From a virus (lineage: Duplodnaviria > Caudoviricetes), in IMG/VR virus record IMGVR_UViG_3300042549_005911, positions 1-52,887 of that record: a DNA stretch of 52,887 nucleotides; one strand, written 5' to 3'. Below the pieces are notes generated by a model. That model was not told the DNA's origin. It did no database searches and saw nothing but the letters and a program-made list of their open reading frames with translations. Of this stretch, positions 36,489-45,516 are shown one piece after another; position 1 is the first letter of the stretch, and the number at the start of each line of letters is the position of its first letter. Both the position numbers and the translations under genes were made by a program.

Positions 36489-36890
36489 ATGCACGAGGGT
36501 ATTTTCAATACGCTGCGCGTGCTGGCGGAGGACGTGGCCCCGATTAAAAGCTCACGTATGACCGCAGCCATCGTGCGTGGCAAAGACATCATATCGCTCG
36601 GCGCCAACCAAATGCGGACGCATCCGTTCCAAGCCAAATTTGGCAAAAACCCTGAATCTCTTTTTTGGCACGCAGAGACAAACGCCATCTACAATGCCTT
36701 GCGCGTAATGGACGTAGAAGGTTTGAAGAAGGCAGACCTCTACGTTTGTAGGGTCAAATATTTCAGCACCAAACGAGAGCAATTTATTTTTGGCAGCGCC
36801 AAGCCTTGCGCGGGTTGCGCTAAGTGCATTGCTGACTTCGGGATAAAGCGGGTGTTCTATACCACCGAAACGGGATACGAGTGCCTTTAA
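36489..36890 (+). CDS. Zinc-dependent cytidine/dCMP deaminase-fold protein
   Basis: HAE, LYVCR, KPCAGC, GIKRVFYT. Confidence 0.88.
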   Translation: MHEGIFNTLRVLAEDVAPIKSSRMTAAIVRGKDIISLGANQMRTHPFQAKFGKNPESLFWHAETNAIYNALRVMDVEGLKKADLYVCRVKYFSTKREQFIFGSAKPCAGCAKCIADFGIKRVFYTTETGYECL

Positions 36891-36978
36891 GGAGGCGTGG
36901 CGGAACTGGCATACGCGGCAGACTCAAAATCTGCTGACCTTAACGGTATTGTGGGTTCGAGTCCCACCGCCTCTACCA
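36891..36978 (+). tRNA. tRNA-Leu(CAA)
   Basis: Acceptor GGAGGCG/CGCCTCT, anticodon arm GCAGA-CTCAAAA-TCTGC, long variable arm, GTGGG-TTCGAGT-CCCAC, CCA. Confidence 0.93.
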
Positions 36979-36980
36979 AC

Positions 36981-37019
36981 AAAAAAAAGCCGGGCATTTC
37001 TGCCCGGCTTTCTTGTTTT
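36981..37019. terminator. Bidirectional intrinsic terminator between convergent units
   Basis: A8-GCCGGGCA-TTTC-TGCCCGGC-TTTCTTGTTTT. Confidence 0.85.
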
Positions 37020-37032
37020 AGGCCGCTTGGCT

Positions 37033-38169
37033 TTAGCCAGCGACGCGGACGGCGAGGGCAGGGCGAACTGCCTTGGCGCCGTATAGCACGTCCACAGCGA
37101 AGCGCTCTTGCTTGTTGTGGCGGGTCACTTCCATACGCATGGTCAGGCCAGACACCGGATCGGTCATCTGCGAGATGATCGAGCCAAGCTCGGGGCCACC
37201 ACCCACGCCAGCCAGCGGACGGTTCACGAAGGCGAAGGCTTCGCGCTGGAAGGCAAGGTTGACCACATGCGAAGCGCGCTTGGACACGTCAGAGCCGCTA
37301 GACGCAATCGCCACCAGCGGAGGGCTGATAGTAATAGCGGCCTTGGTGCTGGTGTAGGTCGCGTTGGCCGAAGTCACCACGTAGGTCTGGGTGTTGCCTG
37401 CAATGCTGAACACGTCGCCACGGCGCAGGGTGCCTGCCACGGAGGCGAGGATATCCAGCGAGGTAGCACCAATAGCCGTGGTGGAAGCCACGGTGATGCT
37501 TGCGGCGGTGCCAGCAACGTGGGTCACAACGTTGGTGGACTGGAAGAAGTCGAAGCCGAACTTACGGCCAAGCATACCCTCGATCTTCACTTCCTGGTCG
37601 CCGGTTTTTTCCAGATCGGACATAGCAGGAATCTGAAGAAGCTGAGCCTCGGCATCCGGGTTCAGGACCATGCGGCGGTTGCCCATGGGGGAAAGCTGAC
37701 GGTTTAGGGCCGCACGAGCGTTCACCACGTCAGCAATGGTGCTGAACGGGGTCTGACCGGCAACGCCCACGTATCCATACACGTCCACATACTGGCTGTG
37801 GATGTAGCCGTCCATGGAGTTGGCAAGAGCGCGAACAGTCTCGGAGACGTTCATCGGGAGGAAGGATTCGCTCTCCATGATCTCCATGCGCTGCTTGTCA
37901 GTGATGAAGAAGGGAACTTCCTTCCACTGGTCAAGAGCGATCTGCACGAGGCCGGGGGTGCTGTCCTGAGCCGAAGCGGGGGTCATGGACGGAGCAACGT
38001 CGGTGGCGGTAAAGGTGTTGCTGATCGGAATGTCGATGGTGGAACCACGCATCGCACCTTCAGACGAGTAATCAAGGTTGACTAGGCGCGGCATGATCGC
38101 CTGCTCACGTAGAGCAAGAAGACCACGAGCGAGAAGCCGGGGAATGAGGTTTGACAAACTATTGGGCAT
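37033..38169 (-). CDS. Major capsid protein (P22 coat-like family)
   Basis: LALREQAIMPRLVN.DY, GSTIDIP, GRKFGFDFFQS, NLAFQREAFAFVNRPL, DVLYGAKAVRP; AGGAG RBS. Confidence 0.9.
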   Translation of the reverse strand: MPNSLSNLIPRLLARGLLALREQAIMPRLVNLDYSSEGAMRGSTIDIPISNTFTATDVAPSMTPASAQDSTPGLVQIALDQWKEVPFFITDKQRMEIMESESFLPMNVSETVRALANSMDGYIHSQYVDVYGYVGVAGQTPFSTIADVVNARAALNRQLSPMGNRRMVLNPDAEAQLLQIPAMSDLEKTGDQEVKIEGMLGRKFGFDFFQSTNVVTHVAGTAASITVASTTAIGATSLDILASVAGTLRRGDVFSIAGNTQTYVVTSANATYTSTKAAITISPPLVAIASSGSDVSKRASHVVNLAFQREAFAFVNRPLAGVGGGPELGSIISQMTDPVSGLTMRMEVTRHNKQERFAVDVLYGAKAVRPALAVRVAG

Positions 38170-38375
38170 AGTAATCTCCTGTGCTTATAGGGTTTACCGG
38201 CACTCCCGCCGTTGAAACCCGAAGGATTCCGCGAACCGCGCACAACCCACAAGGGAGGCGGGAATTAATTTCGACCCCACAAGGGCAAGAAATGTAAACG
38301 CTCTTTTCTTATGGTAAAGTAAACCACAAAGTCAATACCTACGGGGTTTTAGGCCCCGTAGGTATCTGTTTTTGC

Positions 38376-39161
38376 TTACGCGACCACTGCCTTGCCAGAC
38401 GCAATCGCTTCAAGATTGCCGCTGATTGCCTTGGCGTCAGTGGCGTTGATCCTAACCGGAGCGCGGTCGCCGCCTCGGCCATTGCCGCCGCCTGCGCCAC
38501 CACCAGAAGGGATGCCAAAGAAGAACGGGTTGGTATCGCGAAGTGACTCCACCCACGTATCGAGCGTATGGGGGTTGCCGCTGCGATCAATCACATCAAC
38601 GCCTTCACGCAAAGCAGGCTTGCCGCTTTCGTCGTCAAGCACGAACATCTGCTCGGCCTTGATACGAATATACTCGGCAGCCTCAGGCAACGCCTTAGCC
38701 TTACTGACGGCGGAGGTTACTTCATAGTTCAGCCGCTCAGACCGCCAACGGTTCTGCGCTGCTTCTGCGCGTGCGGCGGCATCCTGCGCTGCCCGCTCTG
38801 CGGCTTCCTTGGCGGCGCGTTCAGCCCCAACCACAGACTTAGTGCGGCGGGTAAGCACGTCCTCAAACGCCGCCTTGCCGCCCTCCACAATCATGCGAAG
38901 GTCCGCATCGGCCTGCATACGCTCCATGAGGTCACGGGCCTTATTGATATCGTCTTGGCTGCCCATACTCTGAATCTGAACTTCATAGGTCTTGCGCTTT
39001 TCGCGCTCTGCCTTGACCTCGTTTAGAAGTTCATCATTCTTTGACTTGAGGCCTTGGGTGGCCTTTGCCACTTCAGCGGCAACTAGGGCCGCAATGTCGG
39101 GCGCACCGCCTCCGCCCTCTGCATTGTAATTCATTTGGTTCTGAAGGGACCGGATAAACAT
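38376..39161 (-). CDS. Capsid scaffolding protein
   Basis: Coiled coil GLKSKNDELLNE; C-terminal PFFF..PSGGGAGG; directly upstream of the capsid gene. Confidence 0.8.
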   Translation of the reverse strand: MFIRSLQNQMNYNAEGGGGAPDIAALVAAEVAKATQGLKSKNDELLNEVKAEREKRKTYEVQIQSMGSQDDINKARDLMERMQADADLRMIVEGGKAAFEDVLTRRTKSVVGAERAAKEAAERAAQDAAARAEAAQNRWRSERLNYEVTSAVSKAKALPEAAEYIRIKAEQMFVLDDESGKPALREGVDVIDRSGNPHTLDTWVESLRDTNPFFFGIPSGGGAGGGNGRGGDRAPVRINATDAKAISGNLEAIASGKAVVA

Positions 39162-39290
39162 TTTACAAACTCTCCACAGGAGATCGCAATTAACCGATGC
39201 GATATACGGGCACGGCTCAGCCGCACGGTTGACTATTAGTGCCTAGATCATTGTATACGGTAAATGCAACACCCTTATGAGGGAAAAGCC

Positions 39291-39671
39291 ATGGCTCCGC
39301 CGAAGAAGTATGAGAAAATTGATTTTACTCCGCCGCAAGGCGTGCAGAGCGCCGCCGAACGCGGGCTCGAACAGCGCCGTAAGTATGGGCGTGGCGGCCT
39401 TACTACCGCAGAAGCGGGCAAGCAAGGCATTGGCTCTGGCGTTGCCCGTGCTGCTACTTTGGCCGCAGGTAAGGACATCTCTCCTGAAACGGCCAAGCGC
39501 ATGAAAGCATTTTTCGACCGGCATGGCGACGCGCCGCAGGCTAAGCCTTCCGATGGTGGGCCGAGTGCGCGTGCAATCGCTATCAATCTTTGGGGCGGAC
39601 GTGCTGGTGAAGCATGGTCTGGTAAGTTGGTGCGGCAAATGAAAGCCGCTGATGAGAAGGCGAAGAAGTGA
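39291..39671 (+). CDS. Basic conserved phage protein
   Basis: GAGGG RBS; PPQGV..AAERGLE, KRMKAFFDRH, IAINLWGG motifs. Confidence 0.7.
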   Translation: MAPPKKYEKIDFTPPQGVQSAAERGLEQRRKYGRGGLTTAEAGKQGIGSGVARAATLAAGKDISPETAKRMKAFFDRHGDAPQAKPSDGGPSARAIAINLWGGRAGEAWSGKLVRQMKAADEKAKK

Positions 39672-39835
39672 TGGACAAGCCGCTTTGGGAAAAGAAGAAT
39701 CCCCGTAAACGCTCAACGGCGCTTAGCCCGCAAGATAAAGTTGCTGCCAAGCGCCGTGCTGAAAAGGCGGGCCGCCCCTACCCGAATGCGGTTGATAACA
39801 TCGCTCAAGCCCAAAAGGCTAAAAAGCGCGGTTAA
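39671..39835 (+). CDS. Small basic protein (54 aa)
   Basis: Hand translation MDKPLWEKKNPRKRSTALSPQDKVAAKRRAEKAGRPYPNAVDNIAQAQKAKKRG; TGATG coupling; below the ORF-track cutoff. Confidence 0.65.
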   Translation: MDKPLWEKKNPRKRSTALSPQDKVAAKRRAEKAGRPYPNAVDNIAQAQKAKKRG

Positions 39836-40683
39836 CTGCCGCTTGGAATAACACGTTCCAAGAAAGCATCTGACTTTGCGGCCAAGGAGGCAGCGAGGCT
39901 GTCACCGATAAAATCAAACTTGCCTGGACTGGCCTTGGCCTTACGAGCAAGGGACATGGCGCTGGGCAGCAAGTCCGCCTTGGAGAACCACCGCTTGCCG
40001 TCTACGCGGCCTTGGTCATCGAGCGTAGGCCCTGAGGCGTTGCCCGCAGGCTCAGTCACCGTAGGCGCGTAGTAGTCTTCATCGTCGCGCCAGCCAAAAG
40101 GCGCTCCTGCAATGCAAATGCGCTTAGCGCCCATCCAACTAGCAACAGCAACAGCACGGTTTACAACGGTAAAACCGCCACTAGCCACACTTTCGTAGCT
40201 ACAATTTTCTGGAAAGTATTTTTCATAGATTTCCATTTCGCATAGATTTTCAAATGCAGCACCGCAAGCAGAATGGAAAAGCACCACATTTGCGCCGCCC
40301 TTTAAGAGATAATCAAACATTCTTGGATGACAAGAGGTAGCCACAAGGTATGTGACGCGCGAATCAAGAGGCGTCTTCTTAATCTGCTTCTCTCCGGGGT
40401 CCATCGCCACAGAGAAATCGGGGATGATGCCGTACTCCGGTAGAATACGAATCGCCTGCTTTACTGCAAAAACCTTATAGCCAAGGCTTTGCAGCCGCTT
40501 GATTTCTCGCAGAGAGGACGCCTTGACCAAAGATGGCGCTGTGCCACAGACAACAACGCCTTTCAGATCGGCCAGCGCGTCCTTTTGCACGAAAGGCAAA
40601 TTGAGGCTTGCTGCGTATTCGATATTCATAGGAAGAAAGCCAACTTCAGGGTTGACCAGTTTCATGAAGTTGGGCGGTGCCAT
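39832..40683 (-). CDS. DUF115/Maf/MptE-like protein (putative sugar transferase fold)
   Basis: VVVCGTAPSL, VFAVKQA..L..YGIIPDFSVAMDP, GGFTV..RA...A.WMGAKRI...G. Confidence 0.7.
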   Translation of the reverse strand: MAPPNFMKLVNPEVGFLPMNIEYAASLNLPFVQKDALADLKGVVVCGTAPSLVKASSLREIKRLQSLGYKVFAVKQAIRILPEYGIIPDFSVAMDPGEKQIKKTPLDSRVTYLVATSCHPRMFDYLLKGGANVVLFHSACGAAFENLCEMEIYEKYFPENCSYESVASGGFTVVNRAVAVASWMGAKRICIAGAPFGWRDDEDYYAPTVTEPAGNASGPTLDDQGRVDGKRWFSKADLLPSAMSLARKAKASPGKFDFIGDSLAASLAAKSDAFLERVIPSGS

Positions 40684-40716
40684 GTCTACCTAAAATTAAA
40701 ATCGAGTTGCACCGCC

Positions 40717-42123
40717 CTATGCGGATGCTTCTTGCGCCATATCTGCCCGCATCTGTGGCGCCATGTCAATCATCTTCTTGACTTGGGCCGGGCCATAAGT
40801 GGACGGAAGCATCTCGCCTTCAAATAGGACGCGGTAATAGGTTTCGTCATCAATATTACCGGCTGCATGAGCCCTGTCCAACTGCAACCAAGTGCGGTAT
40901 TCGAGTGCTGCATCAACGAAATCACGGTTCAACTTGACTTCTACGCCCTGCGGATTGCGGCCGTTCCACCGGACCCAGATTTTCAAAAGTTCTGTCAGGC
41001 CCTTCTCCGCACTGTCTACAATCTCGTAAAGCAAGGAAGTCTCTCCCTTGCCGCGCATCTCTGCAACCTGATTGGATTCGCCCGCCGTGTTCTTGCGGTC
41101 GGCCACGAGGCGCGCGCCAAGGCTTGCCATCTGCGCCTCAAGTTGTGAGCAAGCAGATTCAAGATACTTAAGCCCTTCACCACGATATTCCAAAATACCG
41201 CACGAGTTGGGTTGATCCACAAGCCAAACAGTGTTGGGACCAACACGGTATTCAGGCAATTCATCGCCAAGGTTAGGTGCAATCGCCCAATAGGTCGGTG
41301 TAGCCGTATAGAACTGGCCGTGAGCCAATTGCGCGCTGCGTTGGAAGTGCAGGACGTTCAACTCAGCAATATCCAGAATAGGTGGGCGCTGCACCTTCAT
41401 GCCTGTCTTCATAGGCCCAAAGCAAATGAAGGGCATCTCGCCTCGGAAGAAGCCGCTGTCCGCCAACATAGGGGACACTACGCTTCCAGGCTGGTAGGAA
41501 GTGCTGTTGTCCTTGCTCTTGACCGGAAGCCAAAGGCGCTGGCGATAGATACCCGTCTCGTCAAGATAGAGTTCGCGGTAGACGGTCACTTCCTCAGAAC
41601 CAAAACCTGTTTGGCTATCTACAAGGAAATCTTCTTTCAGCACAATTTGGTTGGCAACGAGGCGCCCGTTGTCGTCGCGCATGTTGCGCCAGTTGGTGAT
41701 GTTCTCTGCCATATAGGTTGTGAAGTAGGGTGCGCCGCCATTAGTTGGCGCATCTACCAACGCACCTACGCGCCCCATGCTTAGAATTTCACGGACAATA
41801 GCACGGGCAAAAACAGTAAACGGTTGATTATCAACGGTGCAGGTTTCAAGCTGAGGCCGCAGCATTTCAGCGCCGTTCAGGATAATCTCTGGCTCCTTGC
41901 GGAAGATCATGCCGACAAGCCCATTGAGCGTGCGGGCAGAAGCGTTGAAGAACTGAGCGCGCTTCTTATACGCTTCATACTCCCCGTAACTCATACCAGA
42001 TAGCTGAGGCAGATACTTCTGGCCGCCTTCTCGGATGGCCTTGGCGCCCTTCAGCACATCCCGGATCATTTGCCAGTCATCTTGGTTGGCGCTGTATTCC
42101 GGTGCAAGGTCGGTGACGGCCAT
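40717..42123 (-). CDS. Portal protein (DUF4055-type)
   Basis: YLPQLSG, YEAYKKRAQFFN, GMIFRKEP, PPILDIAELNVLHFQRSA. Confidence 0.9.
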   Translation of the reverse strand: MAVTDLAPEYSANQDDWQMIRDVLKGAKAIREGGQKYLPQLSGMSYGEYEAYKKRAQFFNASARTLNGLVGMIFRKEPEIILNGAEMLRPQLETCTVDNQPFTVFARAIVREILSMGRVGALVDAPTNGGAPYFTTYMAENITNWRNMRDDNGRLVANQIVLKEDFLVDSQTGFGSEEVTVYRELYLDETGIYRQRLWLPVKSKDNSTSYQPGSVVSPMLADSGFFRGEMPFICFGPMKTGMKVQRPPILDIAELNVLHFQRSAQLAHGQFYTATPTYWAIAPNLGDELPEYRVGPNTVWLVDQPNSCGILEYRGEGLKYLESACSQLEAQMASLGARLVADRKNTAGESNQVAEMRGKGETSLLYEIVDSAEKGLTELLKIWVRWNGRNPQGVEVKLNRDFVDAALEYRTWLQLDRAHAAGNIDDETYYRVLFEGEMLPSTYGPAQVKKMIDMAPQMRADMAQEASA

Positions 42124-42258
42124 GGTGCAAATCCTGAAAAGCAATATAAGGTTGCAGGGGTAACGCTTTGGCAGGCAAGAAGTCAATGCAGCCTTGACTT
42201 TAACATGCGAGCGAGTGGATAAACAACGTTAGTAACGTTTTTTAGGAAGAATCTAATC

Positions 42259-42954
42259 ATGTCAAGCGACAAGGCCGAGAAAGTGACGCCTATTCGCCCC
42301 GATATGAAGGTGCAGCGCAAGCAAAAAGCGCGCAAGTGGAAGTCTGGCGCGAATTGGGACGTTATTGAGCATTACTATAGGATTGGCTGGGCTTTAAGCG
42401 ATTTGGCCCGGCTGCCTGAAGCCAAAGGCGTCACGTCACAAGCCATCTCTAATCGTATTCGGCGTTACAATTGGACGCGAAATTTAGAGCCTCGCGTAGC
42501 TGACGCTGCTCGTGCCATGATGGTCATGGGGATGGACGAAACCGGCAGACCGTCGCCAGAGGCGCTATCCCTTCTGCGGGGCAACAAAGCCCGCGAAGAC
42601 GAAGTAATCCTGTCCTCAGCCGCACAGATCGCAGAGCGCTTGACCACGACGCGCAAACGGTCAAAGCGCCTTGATAGTATTATCGACCGCATTTCCAATC
42701 TGCTTGAGACTGAAATTGAGCATTTGGAGAGTGAAGCACAAACCCGCGAAAATCCCGCCAGTGTGCGTGTGGAACTCAACCGCCTCACCAAGTCAATTGG
42801 CCAGCTTGTCACCGCTGTCTCCAAGGCCAACGAGGAAGAACGCAACGTCCATGACTTGCGCCGTCTCATGAAGCCGAAGGAAGAAATCATGCCGATGATT
42901 GTGAAGAAGCGTGCCGTGCTTGATTCTGAGGATGTATCTGAAGGCGACGAATGA
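42259..42954 (+). CDS. Terminase small subunit (putative)
   Basis: N-terminal HTH (WDVIEHYYRIG..LSDLA...AISNRIRRYNW); ATGA-coupled to TerL. Confidence 0.7.
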   Translation: MSSDKAEKVTPIRPDMKVQRKQKARKWKSGANWDVIEHYYRIGWALSDLARLPEAKGVTSQAISNRIRRYNWTRNLEPRVADAARAMMVMGMDETGRPSPEALSLLRGNKAREDEVILSSAAQIAERLTTTRKRSKRLDSIIDRISNLLETEIEHLESEAQTRENPASVRVELNRLTKSIGQLVTAVSKANEEERNVHDLRRLMKPKEEIMPMIVKKRAVLDSEDVSEGDE

Positions 42955-44279
42955 ACGCGATTAACAAACTGACGTGGGAGCCCAATCCCGTTTTAGCGGA
43001 TCGGGCGACAAGCAACCTTGGCCTCATGCCCTGGCAGGCGCATGTTTACCTCCATCCATGCCGTTATCGCGTAGTGGTGGCAGGACGGCGAAGTGGCAAG
43101 TCGTTCCTTAGCAAGCACGAACTATATCGTGCCGCCAATGCTGTCACCAAAGGCCTCGTGGTCTATATTGCGCCGACTTTGAAGATGGCCAAGCAGATCA
43201 TGTGGCGCGAGTTGATGGACAGCATCCCGCCTGAGATGATCTCCGAAATCAATCGTAGCGATATGTCGATTGTATTGAAGAATACAGGCACCATGATCCG
43301 TCTCTTTGGTGCTGAAGTGCCAGACCGCCTGCGAGGTCTGTCTATTTCTTTCGCTATTTTTGATGAAGCTGCCGACATTACTGAAGTGATGTGGACTAAG
43401 ATCGTCCGCCCTGCTTTGGCTGACCAACAGGGCGACGCTTTGTTCCTTGGCACCCCTAAAGTCAGCGCCGGTAGCAAGTGGTTCTATGAAGCCTACTGCG
43501 ACGGCTTAGACCCCGGCAAGAAAAATTGGTTTAGTTATACCATTAAGACCGTGGATGCCGGGATTGTGCCTGCTTCGGAAATCGAAGAAGCACGGCAAAG
43601 CATGAATCCCTACGAGTTCAGGACAGAGTTTGAGGCGTCGTTCGAGTCGCCTACCGGCAAGGTCTATCAGCCTTTCCAACGCAGCACGCATGTCATTTCT
43701 CATATTGATGATGACAAACGGTGCAACCTTCATCTTGGTTTGGACTTTAACCGCTTCCCGATGTCGGGCATCGTTATGGTTAAGTTCCTGAATGCAGAAG
43801 GCGAGGAGTGCTTTTGCGCTATTGACGAAATATTATTGCCGAACGCTACCATCCAACGCTATGCGGACTTACTCTCGGAGCGGTTCAAAGGCAGGAATAT
43901 TACAATCTATCCTGACGCCTCGGGTAATCAGCAGCATACCTCTGCGGGCGGTAATACAAACCATAGCGTGCTGCGGGGCTTGGGCTTCAAACTTGTTATG
44001 CCGCGCAAAAACCCACTCGTCAGTGATCGTATCAATATCGTGAACGGCGCCTTTCTATCAGCCGCCGGTAAGCCACGGTTGTTTGTGCATCCGCGCTGCA
44101 AGGAACTAATTACGTCTTTGGAGAGCCTTGGCTTTGATGATAACGGCAACGTCGCCAAGGTCGCACAAGGCAAATACACTCACTTGCCTGACGCCCTTGG
44201 CTACGCGGTTATGAACTTGTTGCCAATCGTTCGGCGCCGGGTGGGTTCTGGCGTGGTCAAGATGGCGGGGGGTTATTAA
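42951..44279 (+). CDS. terL: Terminase large subunit
   Basis: VVAGRRSGKS, LRGL, FAIFDEAA, GTP, GLDFN, YPDASG, HLPDALGY. Confidence 0.95.
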   Translation: MNAINKLTWEPNPVLADRATSNLGLMPWQAHVYLHPCRYRVVVAGRRSGKSFLSKHELYRAANAVTKGLVVYIAPTLKMAKQIMWRELMDSIPPEMISEINRSDMSIVLKNTGTMIRLFGAEVPDRLRGLSISFAIFDEAADITEVMWTKIVRPALADQQGDALFLGTPKVSAGSKWFYEAYCDGLDPGKKNWFSYTIKTVDAGIVPASEIEEARQSMNPYEFRTEFEASFESPTGKVYQPFQRSTHVISHIDDDKRCNLHLGLDFNRFPMSGIVMVKFLNAEGEECFCAIDEILLPNATIQRYADLLSERFKGRNITIYPDASGNQQHTSAGGNTNHSVLRGLGFKLVMPRKNPLVSDRINIVNGAFLSAAGKPRLFVHPRCKELITSLESLGFDDNGNVAKVAQGKYTHLPDALGYAVMNLLPIVRRRVGSGVVKMAGGY

Positions 44280-44467
44280 TTGATTTCGTAGGTAGAAAAC
44301 TCGTCCACCCAAACTTGCTTTAGTGATACGCCTTGCAACTCCTTAGGGCATTCAATTCTAACTTCATACCCCGCTTTTGCGGCCCATTCAGCAATAAATT
44401 GACTTCGCCCACTGAGCCGCAGGTCTGCATGGGGTGTGACGATCAAAAATACTTTTGTGCTTTTCAT
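44276..44467 (-). CDS. Small hypothetical protein
   Basis: Last gene of the leftward unit; its stop overlaps the terL stop. Confidence 0.45.
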   Translation of the reverse strand: MKSTKVFLIVTPHADLRLSGRSQFIAEWAAKAGYEVRIECPKELQGVSLKQVWVDEFSTYEIN

Positions 44468-44477
44468 GGATTGTCAT

Positions 44478-44801
44478 TTAGTCGAGCGCGCGGATCGCGG
44501 CGGCAATGCGCGCTGCGGCATGTGCGGCGCCCTCCGATTGGAGGCGCCCCATTTCATCGCCTCCTTGCGTAGCCATGTCGATATCCAGCGCCGCATCGCT
44601 ATGTTCTGATTGTGCGATGGCGAGGGCGCGCTCCCGCTCCTGTGCCGCGATGAGGGGCGCGACGGCGGCGAGGATGAATTCGACCTCATCGCGGCTGGGG
44701 ATATCCAACTCCCCATCGCTGTCAGCCCGCATTTCGGTCATCAGCCGGTTCATGTAGGCGCCAAGAACGGCGCTGTGCATCTCCCCCGTCACCACGCTCA
44801 T
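44478..44801 (-). CDS. Hypothetical protein
   Basis: ATGA coupling, GGGAGG RBS; starts MSVVTGEM. Confidence 0.6.
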   Translation of the reverse strand: MSVVTGEMHSAVLGAYMNRLMTEMRADSDGELDIPSRDEVEFILAAVAPLIAAQERERALAIAQSEHSDAALDIDMATQGGDEMGRLQSEGAAHAAARIAAAIRALD

Positions 44802-45166
44802 CGCCCTGCCTCCCCATTGATGCGGGCGAGGATGGCGCGGGCTTCGTCGTGCATGGCTATTGCGTCGGCATTCCCACTTGTCGCCAACAGCCAAAGCGCA
44901 GGAATAAACCGCTCGATTGCCTCCGCCATCGCCGGGGCTTCTGCAATCAAGCGGGCATCTGCCTCAGAAACGTCGAGGTGGTTGCCAGCCCAATGATTTC
45001 TGTCGATGCTGATAGGTCCGATACTGCGCGGCACACGCCAGATTACGTCGCCAACTTTTAGTTTAGTTCTACCTTTACTGCGTTCATAAGCCACATCATA
45101 AGCGTCAGCTCTGCAACTAAACCAGTCAGTTTTCCAAGGCCCCGGCGTCCAAGCGGTTTTGCTCAT
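44798..45166 (-). CDS. Hypothetical phage protein
   Basis: WTPGPW...DARLIAEAPAM motif typical of early phage ORFs. Confidence 0.7.
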   Translation of the reverse strand: MSKTAWTPGPWKTDWFSCRADAYDVAYERSKGRTKLKVGDVIWRVPRSIGPISIDRNHWAGNHLDVSEADARLIAEAPAMAEAIERFIPALWLLATSGNADAIAMHDEARAILARINGEAGR

Positions 45167-45516
45167 CGCCCTGCCTCCCGGTAGAGGGCCAACGCGGCGC
45201 CAATCTGAGCGCGAACGGCTGGCGTAGTGCCTGACGGGCTGCGTTGGTCGATGTATTCCAATTGCAGATCGGCGTGCTTCAACGCCTCCACCAGTGCGGC
45301 GACGGTGGCGGGCGGTGTGACGGGGGCGAGATAGACTAAGCCCATATGATGAGCTCGTTCTGGGCTCAACTGATCAAGTCCACCATCAGTTTGCCAAAAA
45401 CCGCCACTAAAATTAATCCACAGCATAGGGCCAACGCTGTATGCCCCCTGCACCCAATGCCACCCATCCTTCCCGCGCCATTCCGGCGGTGGCTCGCAGC
45501 GGTTTTCGTCGGCCAT
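45163..45516 (-). CDS. Hypothetical modular protein
   Basis: GGAGGAG RBS; MADENRCEPP...TPPATVAALVEAL...ALALYREAGR. Confidence 0.7.
   Translation of the reverse strand: MADENRCEPPPEWRGKDGWHWVQGAYSVGPMLWINFSGGFWQTDGGLDQLSPERAHHMGLVYLAPVTPPATVAALVEALKHADLQLEYIDQRSPSGTTPAVRAQIGAALALYREAGR

Noticed and set aside
36395-36978. tRNAs as prophage attachment sites or host boundary
   Set aside because: Phage genes continue on both sides, and no duplicated tRNA 3' fragment was noticed.
36897-37178. 93-aa plus-strand ORF
   Set aside because: Overlaps tRNA-Leu, the terminator and the capsid gene antisense; spurious.
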